NCBI GenBank assembly: GCA_963753055.1
Contig: CAVWAP010000004.1
Location: 181,550-245,549, forward strand
DNA from: an uncultured Bacteroidales bacterium
Lineage (GTDB): Bacteria > Bacteroidota > Bacteroidia > Bacteroidales > B18-G4
DNA length: 64,000 nucleotides
Reading direction: 5' to 3'
The first letter of the stretch is position 1. Each line of letters starts with the position of its first letter. Positions 18,592-28,662 of this stretch are shown here, one piece after another. Under the pieces are notes generated by a model. That model was given only the letters and a program-made list of their open reading frames with translations. It searched no databases and was not told the origin of the DNA. The position numbers and the translations under genes were made by a program.

Positions 18592-20454
18592 TTAAATATT
18601 ATCGTTTCGCAGTTTTCTGAATCTTTTCCTGGCTTCAACAGCATAAAGGCTGCCCGGATAGTTCATCAGAATATACTGGTACAACTCCATGGCAAGCTCT
18701 GTATTCTCAAATTGTACTTCCTGGATTTCTGCGCGTAAAAACAGGGCATCATCGGCAAGTATTTCAAATGGGAAATATTCAACCAGTCTTTGCAGCAGAC
18801 TGTCGGCTGCCTCATAACGGCCAAGTTTTATCATGATCTCTGCCTTTTTGAAGAGAACATCATCGAACAATGGATGATATAACCCGATAAGGTAAATGGA
18901 ATCAAGCGTTTGAAGCGCAAGCTCATCTTTATTCTGGTAGGATAAAAGCTCAACCTTTGCATATAAATTAAGGCCGTTCATTGAACTGTCGGGATCCATA
19001 TTGTCACTGATCAACAATGATAAATCCATGGCATCATTGGCAATCAGCTTGGATGTGGCAGCTTTTAATACATCCAGCTGGGCTTTAGCCCATTCAAATT
19101 CCCCTATATAATAAGTTAGCTTAGCATTCTTATATTTTGCCTGATGCCCGATCGGATCATTTTTAAAAGCTTTATCTACCTGGGAATAAAGTAAAGTTGC
19201 TTCCCAGACCTCGCCGGAGAAAAGATAAATATCAGCCAGCTCGATTTTACATGAGGCAATAGTCCTGGCAGGCGCATCAGGGATATTGATAGCATAATCC
19301 AATATCTCGATAGCTTCGCTGAGTTTATCGAGATAAAATGCCTGCAAATGGGCCAGATCCCTCATCATGGGAATAGAATACCTGTTCTTGCCAAATGCAT
19401 CAATGGTCCTGACGTAGTCCTTTTCCAGGGAAATAAGATCTTCATCTTTGTATTCAAATTCATCGGTGATCTTGAGGTACCTGGTTTTTAACAGTCCTGT
19501 CAAACCTTCCAAATAGAAGGGATAGGCTTCACCTTTGTTTACGACATATGTATATGCCTCGATGGCCTCATCGTACTTCTTGTTTGCAACACACAGGTAA
19601 GCTAGCTCCAGCACACGCTCTCCTTCCTCATTAAACCTGCGGTCAAGAGATTTAGCCTGTGTCAGTGCATACTCAAAGTCTTTGAGCTGGATAGAGAGCC
19701 ATAACAGCATCTCAGAAGTTGCAATATCTTCAGGATTCTTTTGATTGTACTGGAGAAGTGATCTCCATAGATAATCTGTAACTACCCCTTCGGCATCATC
19801 ATTTATTGCGGCCTGCAGCTTATTTTGAACTTTCTGTAGTGATGCCGGGTTTTCAGTTAACTCGGCAATGTACTCATCGATCATTTCGGTGTAGTTGCCA
19901 CTGAGCTTGTGCATGTTGGCCAATTCAAAATGGAAGCCATACTCATTCTTGATGAGCTTGCGGCCCTTCATATAGGTTTCAATTGCGTAACCAATCTGTC
20001 CTTTTGCATAAAATGCATTTGCCAGGTCCTTGATCTGTGCAATATTTGGGGTCAGCTTCTTCAGGGCTTCATCAAATTGTTTGTTTGCACGTTCTGCATC
20101 ATCAGCCTGTATATAAACATAGCCCAGGTCGACGTGGTACCTAAGGATCTCAGGATACTTTCTTAATTGTTTTTTAACCAGCTTAACAGCCTTCTGATAT
20201 TCCCTTAGCTGGATCAGACAGAAATAATAATATGTGTAATAATATTGGGTTGGTTGTTGGTTATACAGCTTTTCATAGATCTCTGCTGCCTTGTCGTATT
20301 CCTTGTTTCTGTAATATTGGGCTGCCAGGCGCTCCTCGGTATTGACCTGCTGTGTTTTCCTTGTCTGCTGCTGCGTGGAATTATTAACCTGTGCTTCCAG
20401 AGAAAGGGAAGCAAGCATTAAAAATATGATTATATGTATACCCCGGGACCTCAT
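18592..20454 (-). CDS. secreted tetratricopeptide (TPR) repeat protein
   Basis: 620 aa with signal peptide 'IIFLMLASLSLEAQ' and repeated A/Y/L-spaced 34-residue helical pairs throughout. Confidence 0.7.
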   Translation of the reverse strand: MRSRGIHIIIFLMLASLSLEAQVNNSTQQQTRKTQQVNTEERLAAQYYRNKEYDKAAEIYEKLYNQQPTQYYYTYYYFCLIQLREYQKAVKLVKKQLRKYPEILRYHVDLGYVYIQADDAERANKQFDEALKKLTPNIAQIKDLANAFYAKGQIGYAIETYMKGRKLIKNEYGFHFELANMHKLSGNYTEMIDEYIAELTENPASLQKVQNKLQAAINDDAEGVVTDYLWRSLLQYNQKNPEDIATSEMLLWLSIQLKDFEYALTQAKSLDRRFNEEGERVLELAYLCVANKKYDEAIEAYTYVVNKGEAYPFYLEGLTGLLKTRYLKITDEFEYKDEDLISLEKDYVRTIDAFGKNRYSIPMMRDLAHLQAFYLDKLSEAIEILDYAINIPDAPARTIASCKIELADIYLFSGEVWEATLLYSQVDKAFKNDPIGHQAKYKNAKLTYYIGEFEWAKAQLDVLKAATSKLIANDAMDLSLLISDNMDPDSSMNGLNLYAKVELLSYQNKDELALQTLDSIYLIGLYHPLFDDVLFKKAEIMIKLGRYEAADSLLQRLVEYFPFEILADDALFLRAEIQEVQFENTELAMELYQYILMNYPGSLYAVEARKRFRKLRNDNI

Positions 20455-21188
20455 TATTCGATTGAGAACTCCATTGTCACAACTGCTTTAATCGATTTTT
20501 CAATGGTGTGGGTATCGAACCGGCCATAATCAGAAACTTCATATGAATGAGGTGCTGTGATCTGGAATACACCCTGACTTGCATATTTTAAGTTTCCGAC
20601 CTGGCTTCCGGTACTTTTGGCCAGGCTCTCTGCCCTTTCTTTTGCATTCTTTGCTGCAGCTGCAAGCATTTCTATTTTTAAGTCTTCTATTTTGGTGTAA
20701 AGATATTGTGGACTATATGAAGAAATATTGATCCCCTGTTTAATCAGGGATGATATGTCTTTAGCAATAGCAGTGATAAGGCCGAGATCAGAAGATTCGA
20801 TTGATATGCTTTGATTCAAAGAGTAATCCAGGATCTCATTTGTGCTGTAACCATTGTTGTTCAACTTGTAGTTTGTTCCAACTATTATTTCAGAGAAATC
20901 AAGGTCTTCAGTAGCAAAACCTTTGGAAACGAGGTATTGCTCCACAACTTTTCTATGCCCTGATAAATACTCATATGCTGTCTTGAGTGTTGTAGACCGA
21001 ACACCGAAATTTCCTGTCCAGGTAGCATAGTCGGAGGTGATGTTTTTAACTGCAAATCCCTTAACCCTGATCGTCTGGTTAATGCTATCAGAGTGTTTTT
21101 TTGCAGCCCGGTAATTAAAGCTAAATACTGCTGCGGCGATGATCAGGCCTATTGACAGATACAGGCCTGCTTTTGCATAATTATTCAT
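20454..21188 (-). CDS. SIMPL (DUF541) domain protein
   Basis: 244 aa with an N-terminal TM helix. 'KIEMLAAAAKNAKERAESLAK' and a C-terminal 'VVTMEFSIE'-type strand are typical of the SIMPL/26-kDa periplasmic protein family. Confidence 0.7.
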   Translation of the reverse strand: MNNYAKAGLYLSIGLIIAAAVFSFNYRAAKKHSDSINQTIRVKGFAVKNITSDYATWTGNFGVRSTTLKTAYEYLSGHRKVVEQYLVSKGFATEDLDFSEIIVGTNYKLNNNGYSTNEILDYSLNQSISIESSDLGLITAIAKDISSLIKQGINISSYSPQYLYTKIEDLKIEMLAAAAKNAKERAESLAKSTGSQVGNLKYASQGVFQITAPHSYEVSDYGRFDTHTIEKSIKAVVTMEFSIE

Positions 21189-21211
21189 GGCAGGACGTTT
21201 TTAATGAAACA

Positions 21212-22483
21212 CTAAGTTATCATTTCGAAACCAACATAAGGCTGCAGGACCTCGGGTATTTTGATTCCTTCAGGAGTTTGGTTGTTCTCAAGTAAGGCTG
21301 CTACTATCCTAGGTAACGCCAAAGCTGACCCATTTAGTGTGTGTGGCAGTTTGGTCTTTCCTTGTTCGTCTCTGAATCTCAGCATCATACGTGTGCTTTG
21401 GTAAGTCTCAAAATTAGAGACTGAGCTAACCTCCAACCACATGTTCTGGGCTGCTGAGTAAACTTCAAAATCATATGTCAGCGCAGCTGTGAAGCTCATA
21501 TCTCCTCCACATAACTTTACAATCCGGAAAGGTAGTCCAAGGTTTCTGCAAAGCTCAGCCACGTGATCTTTCATTTCTTCCAACGTATCATAACTCCTGT
21601 CAGGATGTTGTACCTGGACAATCTCTACTTTATCAAATTGATGAAGCCGGTTCAGTCCCCTGACATCTTTACCGTATGATCCTGCTTCCCTGCGGAAACA
21701 GCTTGAATATGCTGCATTCTTAACTGGTAGCTCATCTCCTTTCAGAATAACATCACGGTAAATATTTGTTATCGGGATCTCTGCTGTGGGTATGAGGTAA
21801 AGATTATCTTCCGTCACATAATACATCTGCCCGTCTTTATCTGGCAGGTTGCCGGTTCCAAAAGCTGAATCTTCATTTACCATGAGTGGGGGTTGATATT
21901 CTGTATACCCTTCTTTCATGGCCTCATCAAGAAAGTAATTGATCAACCCTCTTTGAAAGCGGGCACCCTTTCCCTTGTAAAATGGGAAGCCTGCTCCAGT
22001 CACTTTGCTTCCAAGCTCAAAGTCGATGATATCATATTTTTTTGCCAGCTCCCAGTGTGGCAAAGCCTCCTGTCCCAATTCAATATCAAAGGCTTCTTCC
22101 AGGATCAGCTCATTGTCATCCGCACTGTTACCTGCAGGCACAGATAAATGTGGCAGGTTTGGCAATATTACAAGCATCTCATCCAGATCTGATTTATACG
22201 TATTCAGCTTTTCGTTTATTTCCTGTCCTATTTTTTTGAGCTCGGTTGTGATTCCCTTTAGTTCGTTGGCTTCCTGTTGTTTGCCTGACTTGAAAAGCAT
22301 CCCGATTTCCTTTGCCATTGTATTTGATTTCGCAAGGGTTTCATCCAATAGTTTTTGTGATTCCCTGCGTAGATTATCGATGCTGAGAATCTGCTCTACT
22401 ATTGCCTGTGCATCAAAATTTTTAATTTTCAGACGCTCTACCACTTCCTGGTGGTGATCTCTGATGAATTGAATTTGTAGCAT
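21212..22483 (-). CDS. serS: serine--tRNA ligase
   Basis: 423 aa with an N-terminal coiled-coil arm and class II core motifs ('CFRREAGSYGKDVRGLNRLHQFDKVE', 'LNGSALALPR'). Confidence 0.95.
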   Translation of the reverse strand: MLQIQFIRDHHQEVVERLKIKNFDAQAIVEQILSIDNLRRESQKLLDETLAKSNTMAKEIGMLFKSGKQQEANELKGITTELKKIGQEINEKLNTYKSDLDEMLVILPNLPHLSVPAGNSADDNELILEEAFDIELGQEALPHWELAKKYDIIDFELGSKVTGAGFPFYKGKGARFQRGLINYFLDEAMKEGYTEYQPPLMVNEDSAFGTGNLPDKDGQMYYVTEDNLYLIPTAEIPITNIYRDVILKGDELPVKNAAYSSCFRREAGSYGKDVRGLNRLHQFDKVEIVQVQHPDRSYDTLEEMKDHVAELCRNLGLPFRIVKLCGGDMSFTAALTYDFEVYSAAQNMWLEVSSVSNFETYQSTRMMLRFRDEQGKTKLPHTLNGSALALPRIVAALLENNQTPEGIKIPEVLQPYVGFEMIT

Positions 22484-22517
22484 CCCGGTGTATTTTTTTG
22501 CAAAGGTAATTTAACTA

Positions 22518-22546
22518 TAAAAAAAATCCCGGTCAATGCCGGGATT
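22518..22546 (-). terminator. rho-independent terminator after rpmA
   Basis: Stem 'aatcccgg'/'ccgggatt' (22525-22532 / 22539-22546) with a 6-nt loop. It is followed on the minus strand by a U-run (A-run 22518-22526 on plus). Confidence 0.6.
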
Positions 22547-22575
22547 ATTCAAAATTAATATTTTTTATGTCAGGG

Positions 22576-22842
22576 TTATTTCTGTTCTTCTTCAGAAACA
22601 ATGTTCACAAATGATTTGCTGTCTTTGACTTTCCTGAATTCAACGACGCCATCTTTCAACGCAAACAAGGTATGGTCTTTACCCATGCCAACATTTAAGC
22701 CAGGGTGATGCTTAGTGCCTCTTTGACGAATGATGATATTGCCAGCCCTGGCAAACTGTCCGCCGTAGATCTTTACACCCAGTCGTTTACTTTCGGATTC
22801 CCGACCGTTTTGTGAACTTCCTGCACCTTTTTTATGAGCCAT
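22576..22842 (-). CDS. rpmA: 50S ribosomal protein L27
   Basis: 88 aa, '[24 protein letters not shown]...[11 protein letters not shown]'. Confidence 0.95.
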   Translation of the reverse strand: MAHKKGAGSSQNGRESESKRLGVKIYGGQFARAGNIIIRQRGTKHHPGLNVGMGKDHTLFALKDGVVEFRKVKDSKSFVNIVSEEEQK

Positions 22843-22877
22843 GGTTGTATATTTTTGAAATTAAACGATTCTATTCT

Positions 22878-23588
22878 TTATTTGGTTTCTCCCTTATCTT
22901 CCTTTTTGGGAGCTGCTTTCTTTGCAGCTGGCTTGGCAGCTGATTTGGCTGCAGGCTTGGCTGTAGTCTTTGCTGCAGGCTTGCTTGCCGCTTTAGGAGC
23001 TGCTTTTGGAGTTGCTTTCGGTTTAGCTGCAGCCTTAGTTGTTGCTTTAGCAGCAGGTTTCTTAGCAGCAGGTTTCTTGGCAGCAGGTTTCTTGGCAGCA
23101 GGTTTCTTAGCAGCAGGTTTCTTAGCAGCAGGTTTCTTGGTAGCAGGTTTCTTTGCAGCTGGCTTTGCAGCAGTTGCTGCCTTAGGAGCTGCTTTAGGAG
23201 CTGCTTTTGGCTTAGCGGCAGGCTTAACTTCAGCCTTTGGCTTTGAACCTGTTTCAATAATATTGACAATCTGAAGCCTGGTCAGGTATTGCCTGTGCCC
23301 GTTCAGCTTCTGATATCCTTTTCTTCTTTTCTTTTTAAAAACAAGGACCTTGTCACCTTTCGTGTGCTCAAGAATCTTGGCGGAAATGCCAGCACCATTT
23401 ATATGAGGTGCACCAACAGCAACTTTACCATTGTTGTCGATGAGTAAAACTTCGCCAAATTCAATGCTTGAACCTTCTTTTCCTTCAAGCCTGTGTACAA
23501 AGATTTCCTGGTTCTTTTCAACCTTGTACTGTTGTCCTGCTATTTCAACTATTGCGTACATGCTGTCTGTAATTATCAATGCTTCCAA
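22878..23588 (-). CDS. rplU: 50S ribosomal protein L21 with ~125-aa Lys/Ala/Pro-rich C-terminal tail
   Basis: Canonical L21 core 'MYAIVEIAGQQYKV...GHRQYLTRLQI' (the probable true start is the Met at 23561). The core is followed in frame by 'AAKPKAAPKAAPKA...AKKPAAKKPAAKKPAAKKP...'. Confidence 0.9.
   Translation of the reverse strand: MEALIITDSMYAIVEIAGQQYKVEKNQEIFVHRLEGKEGSSIEFGEVLLIDNNGKVAVGAPHINGAGISAKILEHTKGDKVLVFKKKRRKGYQKLNGHRQYLTRLQIVNIIETGSKPKAEVKPAAKPKAAPKAAPKAATAAKPAAKKPATKKPAAKKPAAKKPAAKKPAAKKPAAKKPAAKATTKAAAKPKATPKAAPKAASKPAAKTTAKPAAKSAAKPAAKKAAPKKEDKGETK
23050..23154. repeat. 15-bp tandem repeat x7 (gcagcaggtttctt[a/g]) encoding (KKPAA)n in the L21 tail
   Basis: Seven consecutive 15-nt units read directly at 23050, 23065, 23080, 23095, 23110, 23125 and 23140. 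Only wobble and last-copy variation. Confidence 0.9.
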
Positions 23589-23638
23589 AATTGGAGGTGC
23601 AAAGATAGCAAAAATATTTAAGCACCAAAGGAAAACGA

Positions 23639-24559
23639 CTAAATTTTTCTTTCAATTTTGCGATTAACCAGATAGACTCCAACAAGTACCAGGAGGATCC
23701 AGATGAGGTAAATCCATTCAAAGGGTTCTCCGTCGATGATACCCCATGTAAGAGCTATAATTGGTATTAGGTACGTTACAGAGGAAGCAAAGACAGGATT
23801 GGTCAGCTTGATCACCTTGTTAAAAGCAATCATGGCCAGCGCCGTTCCAAAAATCCCGAGTATTGCAATATACCCGAAACCTATCCAGGCATGCTCATGA
23901 GTAGTCATGGTCTGGTAAAAGTCAGTCGCCAGAAACATGAAAATGATAGAAGGAATTCCTGCGAAAAAGAAACTGAAAGCAGTAATGGAAATGACATCAA
24001 CATCCTTCAGGTAATGCTTAATAAGATTAACGGTAGTGGCATAACAAATCGTTGCAATGAACACATAAACAGCATATTGTATATTGAACTCGAAGCTATG
24101 GCCTCCACTGACGCTGATCAGGCCAATGGCTCCAAGCAAAGCAATAAAAATGCCGGAAATATTCAGCCAGCGGGTCCTGAACCTGAAAAAAGTAACCGCT
24201 ATAATGAGCGTGAAGAGTGGAGTCATGGAGTTGAGTATGCCCGCAAGGTTGCTGTCGATTCCTGTTTGTGCCTTGGCAAATAAAAATGCGGGCAATCCAC
24301 TGCCAATTATGCCAACAATAGCAAGGATAATCCATGATTTCCGGGGGACTTTTGCAAAACGTCTGAATGTGAAAGGTAACAAAACCAAAAAAGCCAGGGT
24401 GACTCTCAAGGCACCCAGTTCTTCAACGGAAAAAACCTCTAATCCCTTTTTGATCAAGATAAAGGATGTACCCCAGACAAAGACAAGGATAAGCAGGAGA
24501 ACCCAGGCAAAAGGTCTGCTTTGATATGTATTTTGCGTCATGCCACCCAAAGATAGCAA
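23639..24559 (-). CDS. DMT superfamily (EamA-like) transporter
   Basis: 306 aa, about 10 TM helices in two EamA-like halves. The start may be the Met at 24541. Confidence 0.85.
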   Translation of the reverse strand: MLSLGGMTQNTYQSRPFAWVLLLILVFVWGTSFILIKKGLEVFSVEELGALRVTLAFLVLLPFTFRRFAKVPRKSWIILAIVGIIGSGLPAFLFAKAQTGIDSNLAGILNSMTPLFTLIIAVTFFRFRTRWLNISGIFIALLGAIGLISVSGGHSFEFNIQYAVYVFIATICYATTVNLIKHYLKDVDVISITAFSFFFAGIPSIIFMFLATDFYQTMTTHEHAWIGFGYIAILGIFGTALAMIAFNKVIKLTNPVFASSVTYLIPIIALTWGIIDGEPFEWIYLIWILLVLVGVYLVNRKIERKI

Positions 24560-24619
24560 TTCACATGGCTGGTTCAGATTAATTATTTTGATTTAGCATG
24601 ACTTTGTATTACAATTTTA

Positions 24620-24627
24620 TATATTTG
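24620..24627 (+). promoter_or_regulatory. candidate -7 promoter box (TAnnTTTG)
   Basis: 'TATATTTG' lies 40 nt upstream of the ATG at 24667. Confidence 0.35.
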
Positions 24628-24666
24628 CATCCATTATTAAAGTATTAATTTAAAAAATTATAAGCT

Positions 24667-25008
24667 ATGAAAAGATCTTTCCTATTACTGGTATCTCTAT
24701 TATTCATAAGTTTTACTTACTCTCAGACAATAGCAGAGATATACCAAAACGATTTTGATTCCTATACACCTGGGGATTACCTTGGTGTCGTAGATCCTGA
24801 TAACTGGTTGCCCTGGGGAGGTAACCCGGGTGCAGCTGATGATGCTGTTGTTAGCGATGATCAGTCTCACTCAGCCCCCAATTCATTCGTTGTTGATGAA
24901 GTTGGAGGTGCGACAGATGTAATCTGGAAACTTGGCGACAAAATTACCGGGCAATACCAGGTTGGCTGGTGGATGTATGTCTCATCAGGTGTTCGAGGGA
25001 TATTATAA
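24667..25008 (+). pseudogene. fragment 1/3 of the frameshifted cargo gene (signal peptide plus start of lectin-like repeat 1)
   Basis: The 113-aa ORF ends 'WWMYVSSGVRGIL*'. Repeat 2 reads 'WYTYVPSGANAYYNFQKTE' at the same point, and the continuation 'GYYNFQKTE' is in the +1 frame. Confidence 0.75.
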
Positions 25009-26053
25009 CTTCCAGAAAACTGAGGCTCCAGGTACTGAATGGGCTTTTGAGATCTATTTCCGTACTGACGGAACAGTAGAGTTTCAGATTGACCAGACAA
25101 CTGTTGCGAGCACTACTTACACACCTGATACATGGTTCTACATAGACCATAATATCAACCTTGATGATGATGAAGCAGAAATTTTCCTGGATGGTACTTC
25201 ATTGCACACATGGCAATGGTCAAATGGAGGATTGCTCCAACTGGGAGGTGTAGACTTCTATGCAGCATCGAATGTTGCATATTATGTCGATGATGTCTTA
25301 TATGAACAGATCTTTGATCCCATTTACTGCGATGATTTTGAAGGATACTCAGTGGGTGATTATATCTCTGAACAAAACCCGGATTTCTGGTCAACCTGGA
25401 GCGGTAATCCCGGAGGAGCAGAAGATGGAATTATCAGTGATGCACAAGCTTATGCCGGTTCAAATTCCTTATTGATCGAGGATGACGGTGGGGCTACAGA
25501 TGTGGTTCTTAAACTGGGTGATAAAACCAGTGGTTCATTTGAAGTGAATTGGTATACGTATGTTCCGTCAGGCGCTAATGCATATTACAATTTCCAAAAA
25601 ACTGAAACACCTGGTAGCGAATGGGCATGTGATATCTTTTTCTATGATGATGGAACAGGAGAGTTTCAGATTGATCAGGTAACCCTCACAACTTTTAATT
25701 ATGCTCCTGATACATGGCTATTCCTGGATCATATAATAGATCTTGATAAAGATAGTGCGATGTTCTATATCGATGGAACACTAATTTATGAATGGCAATG
25801 GTCAAATGGAGGTCTGATGCAACTGGGTGGTGTTGATTTTTATAATATTGATGCTACTTACATCAACTATATTGATGACCTGTGTTTCCTGCAAACTGGC
25901 GGATCAACCGACCCTGCGATAGCGGTTACACCTGAGGAAATCGAAACCAACGTTGTTGAAGGTTTCACAGGTGAAGAATTGCTCAATATTGAAAATGTTG
26001 GAGCAGCTGAACTTGAATATGACCTGGCAATCGTCTATAACCTTGAATACTAA
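24932..26053 (+). pseudogene. fragment 2/3 (rest of repeat 1, repeat 2, Ig-like unit)
   Basis: 373-aa ORF. Homology to fragment 1's domain starts only at 'GYYNFQKTEAPGTEW'. Confidence 0.75.
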
Positions 26054-27083
26054 AGCTGAAGCTCTGCCACTGGTTAATAAATATTCCAATGTAACACCTG
26101 CACAGTACGATGTAGTTAAAACTACTGAAGGAGGCCAGGCACCTGAAACAGATACTGAGACTCTAACATATTGTGATGAAAATACAGGCAGCTCAATTGG
26201 ATTGACCACAGGGGGAACAGAATGGGAAGTTGCAGCCAAATGGCCTGCATCAGTCATGAACGAATTCGCAGGAATGGAATTGACATCTGTCCTGTTATTT
26301 ATCAATGACTTCAATCCAGCGGACGAGTTTACACTCAGGGTGTACGGAATGGACCTGAATTATTCCCCGGGTGCTCTTCTTCATGAGCAGGTTTTTACAC
26401 CTACTGTTGCAACCAGTTGGATGGAGGTTGTTCTTGATACCCCTGTTCCTTGTACTGGTGAAGACCTCTGGGTTGGATACCTGATCTATCAGTCTGACAT
26501 AACTCATCCTGCCGGTGCAGGTTGTGAACCAGCTAATTTCAACGGTGACTGGATCCGTACAGGTCCGAGTTGGGGACACCTTTCTGATAACGCCACACTT
26601 CCTTATAACTGGAACATAGTAGCTTACCTGAATGGTGAACCTATCACACAGTGGCTCTCAGCTGATCCAATGATGGGTGCTGTGGATCCAGCCGCCAGTG
26701 AAGATGTTACATTAACGTTTGATGCAACAACACTGGCAACCGGTACTTACCATGCAGATGTCGTTGTATTTAGCAATGATCCTGAAAGCAAATCTGTTAC
26801 GGTTCCGGTAACTATGAATGTTAATCCTGTTTCTGTTGAGGAACTGTTAGACGATGAAACATTTGTCGTTTATCCAAACCCAGCCCAGGATTATGTTACT
26901 ATCCAGGCTAATGGAACTATTAATCAGGTCAGGATTTATAATTATGTTGGTCAATTGATCGATCAGACTGTGGTTGACAATGAAAAAGCAACACTCAGCA
27001 CTGATGGCTATCAAGCTGGCATCTACTTTATCCATGTTGAAACAGCTGAAGGCTGGTCAACAAGGAAAGTTGTTATTGAATAG
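25953..27083 (+). pseudogene. fragment 3/3 (jelly-roll domain, Ig-like unit, T9SS CTD)
   Basis: 376-aa ORF. Meaningful sequence starts near 26050 ('TKAEALPLVNKYSNV...'). Confidence 0.75.
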
Positions 27084-27103
27084 TATTATCCTGAATATAA
27101 AAG

Positions 27104-27134
27104 AAAAGGCAGTCCTGACAGGCTGCCTTTTTTT
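27104..27134 (+). terminator. rho-independent terminator
   Basis: 'aaaaggcag' (27104-27112) pairs with 'ctgcctttt' (27123-27131) and is followed by a T-run. It lies 20 nt after the stop at 27083. Confidence 0.65.
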
Positions 27135-27237
27135 AATATGGTAATGCAACCCTGCTCTGAATTCAATTGTCTATCATTTGGGAAGAATAATCCTTGCAGT
27201 TTGAAGGGCTTAACCCAAAATTAATGGATCGTTCGTA

Positions 27238-28662
27238 GTGAGGCCGCTAAACTATAAAATATACATTGGGGGCGAATTCAGGGAGACGGAGAATTTCTTA
27301 AACGTCATAAATCCATTTGACCACAGTCTTGTGGCTCAAACTTACCTTGGATCCGTACATGACCTGGATGAAGCTATCAACAAGGCACAATTGAGATTGT
27401 CCGAGCTGAAGGCTCTTCCATCTCATAAGAAATCATCTATCCTGAATTATATTGCCGACCAGCTGTCAGAAAGAAAATTTCAATTTGTCGAGATTCTGTC
27501 GATGGAATCCGGCAAGCCATATAAATATTCAACGGGGGAAATAGATAGGGCCATACAAACCTTCAGGGTCGCTGCCGAAGAATCCAAACGACTACCCGGG
27601 GAATACCTCGATATCGATTGGACCCTTTCCGGAGAGGGAAAAGAAGGGATTGTAAAATATTTCCCCGTTGGTATTGTGGCCGGGATATCCCCCTTTAACT
27701 TCCCAATGAATCTGGCCGTACACAAAATTGCACCGGCTATCGCAGCAGGCTGTCCCATCATCCTCAAGCCTTCTTCATCTACACCGTTGTCTACCCTGGA
27801 ACTGGCCAAGGTGATAGACAATACAGAATTGCCCAAAGGCGCTGTCTCGATCATCCCGATGGACCGCAAAACAGGTAACTTATTAGTTACAGACCCCCGG
27901 ATTAAGCTGTTGACATTCACCGGCTCTCCTGAGGTCGGCTGGGAGATGAAGAAGGATGCAGGCAAGAAAAAAGTTGTGCTCGAGCTGGGTGGTAATGCAG
28001 GAGTAGTGGTTTCTGAATCAGCAGATATTGACCTGGCTGTCAGGAGGTGTATCATTGGTGCATTTGCGTACTCTGGCCAGGTCTGTATACATGCTCAGCG
28101 TATCCATGTGCATAGAAAAATCTTTGATGATTTTATCAGAAGATTCCTTGATGAGGCGAAAAAATTAAAATCAGGAAACCCAATTGATCCGGAAACTGAT
28201 ATTTCGGTTATGATTGATGAGGCTAACGCCATCAGGGTAGAAGAGTGGATCAGGGAAGCCATCGACTCAGGTGCTGAATTAATACATGGAGGAGAGAGAA
28301 AGGGATCCTATGTAGAACCAACAGTATTAACCCGGACAACTCCAGACATGAAAGTCTGTGCAATGGAAATATTTGGCCCGGTGGTTACCATTGAACAGTT
28401 CGATAATTTCCGGGATGCTGTCGATGCAGTTAACCTGGGAAGGTATGGGCTTCAGGCCGGTGTATTTACAAATCAACTGGATGAAATGAACCTGGCATTT
28501 TATCAATTGGATGTTGGAGGAGTGATCATTAACGATGTACCAACTTTCAGGGTGGATCATATGCCTTATGGCGGGGTCAAGGATTCCGGAATGGGAAGGG
28601 AAGGGGTGAAGTATGCCATTCATGATATGATGGAACCTAAAATACTGGTAAAGAATAAGTGA
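27238..28662 (+). CDS. NAD(P)-dependent aldehyde dehydrogenase family protein (GapN / succinate-semialdehyde-DH-like)
   Basis: 474 aa with a GTG start. ALDH motifs 'VLELGGNAG', catalytic-Cys region 'YSGQVCIHAQRIHV', and 'PYGGVKDSGMGREG'. Confidence 0.9.
   Translation: MRPLNYKIYIGGEFRETENFLNVINPFDHSLVAQTYLGSVHDLDEAINKAQLRLSELKALPSHKKSSILNYIADQLSERKFQFVEILSMESGKPYKYSTGEIDRAIQTFRVAAEESKRLPGEYLDIDWTLSGEGKEGIVKYFPVGIVAGISPFNFPMNLAVHKIAPAIAAGCPIILKPSSSTPLSTLELAKVIDNTELPKGAVSIIPMDRKTGNLLVTDPRIKLLTFTGSPEVGWEMKKDAGKKKVVLELGGNAGVVVSESADIDLAVRRCIIGAFAYSGQVCIHAQRIHVHRKIFDDFIRRFLDEAKKLKSGNPIDPETDISVMIDEANAIRVEEWIREAIDSGAELIHGGERKGSYVEPTVLTRTTPDMKVCAMEIFGPVVTIEQFDNFRDAVDAVNLGRYGLQAGVFTNQLDEMNLAFYQLDVGGVIINDVPTFRVDHMPYGGVKDSGMGREGVKYAIHDMMEPKILVKNK

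Larger units (their letters stand above)
24667..27083 (+). pseudogene. T9SS cargo protein (~805 codons) interrupted by two +1 frameshifts
   Basis: Three overlapping ORFs in three frames read through as one protein: signal peptide, two ~170-aa tandem lectin-like repeats, an Ig-like unit, a jelly-roll domain related to the C-terminal domain of the giant paralogs, another Ig-like unit, and a CTD (26862-27080, 'FVVYPNPAQDYVTIQ...AGIYFIHVETAEGWSTRKVVIE'). The frame changes are near 24995-25000 ('gaggga') and 26045-26053. Confidence 0.8.

Noticed and set aside
23050-23154. Regularly spaced short repeats that might suggest a CRISPR array.
   Set aside because: The units are directly abutting 15-nt repeats with no spacers. 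They are in frame within rplU, and no cas genes are present. No CRISPR-like array occurs elsewhere in the window.
22834-23274. A 146-aa plus-strand ORF rich in A/G/L/F, and a 132-aa alternative minus-frame ORF (22871-23269), lying over the L21 tail.
   Set aside because: Both are mirror or alternative-frame readings of the 15-bp coding repeat. Only the L21 frame is contiguous with a conserved protein core and a sensible start.
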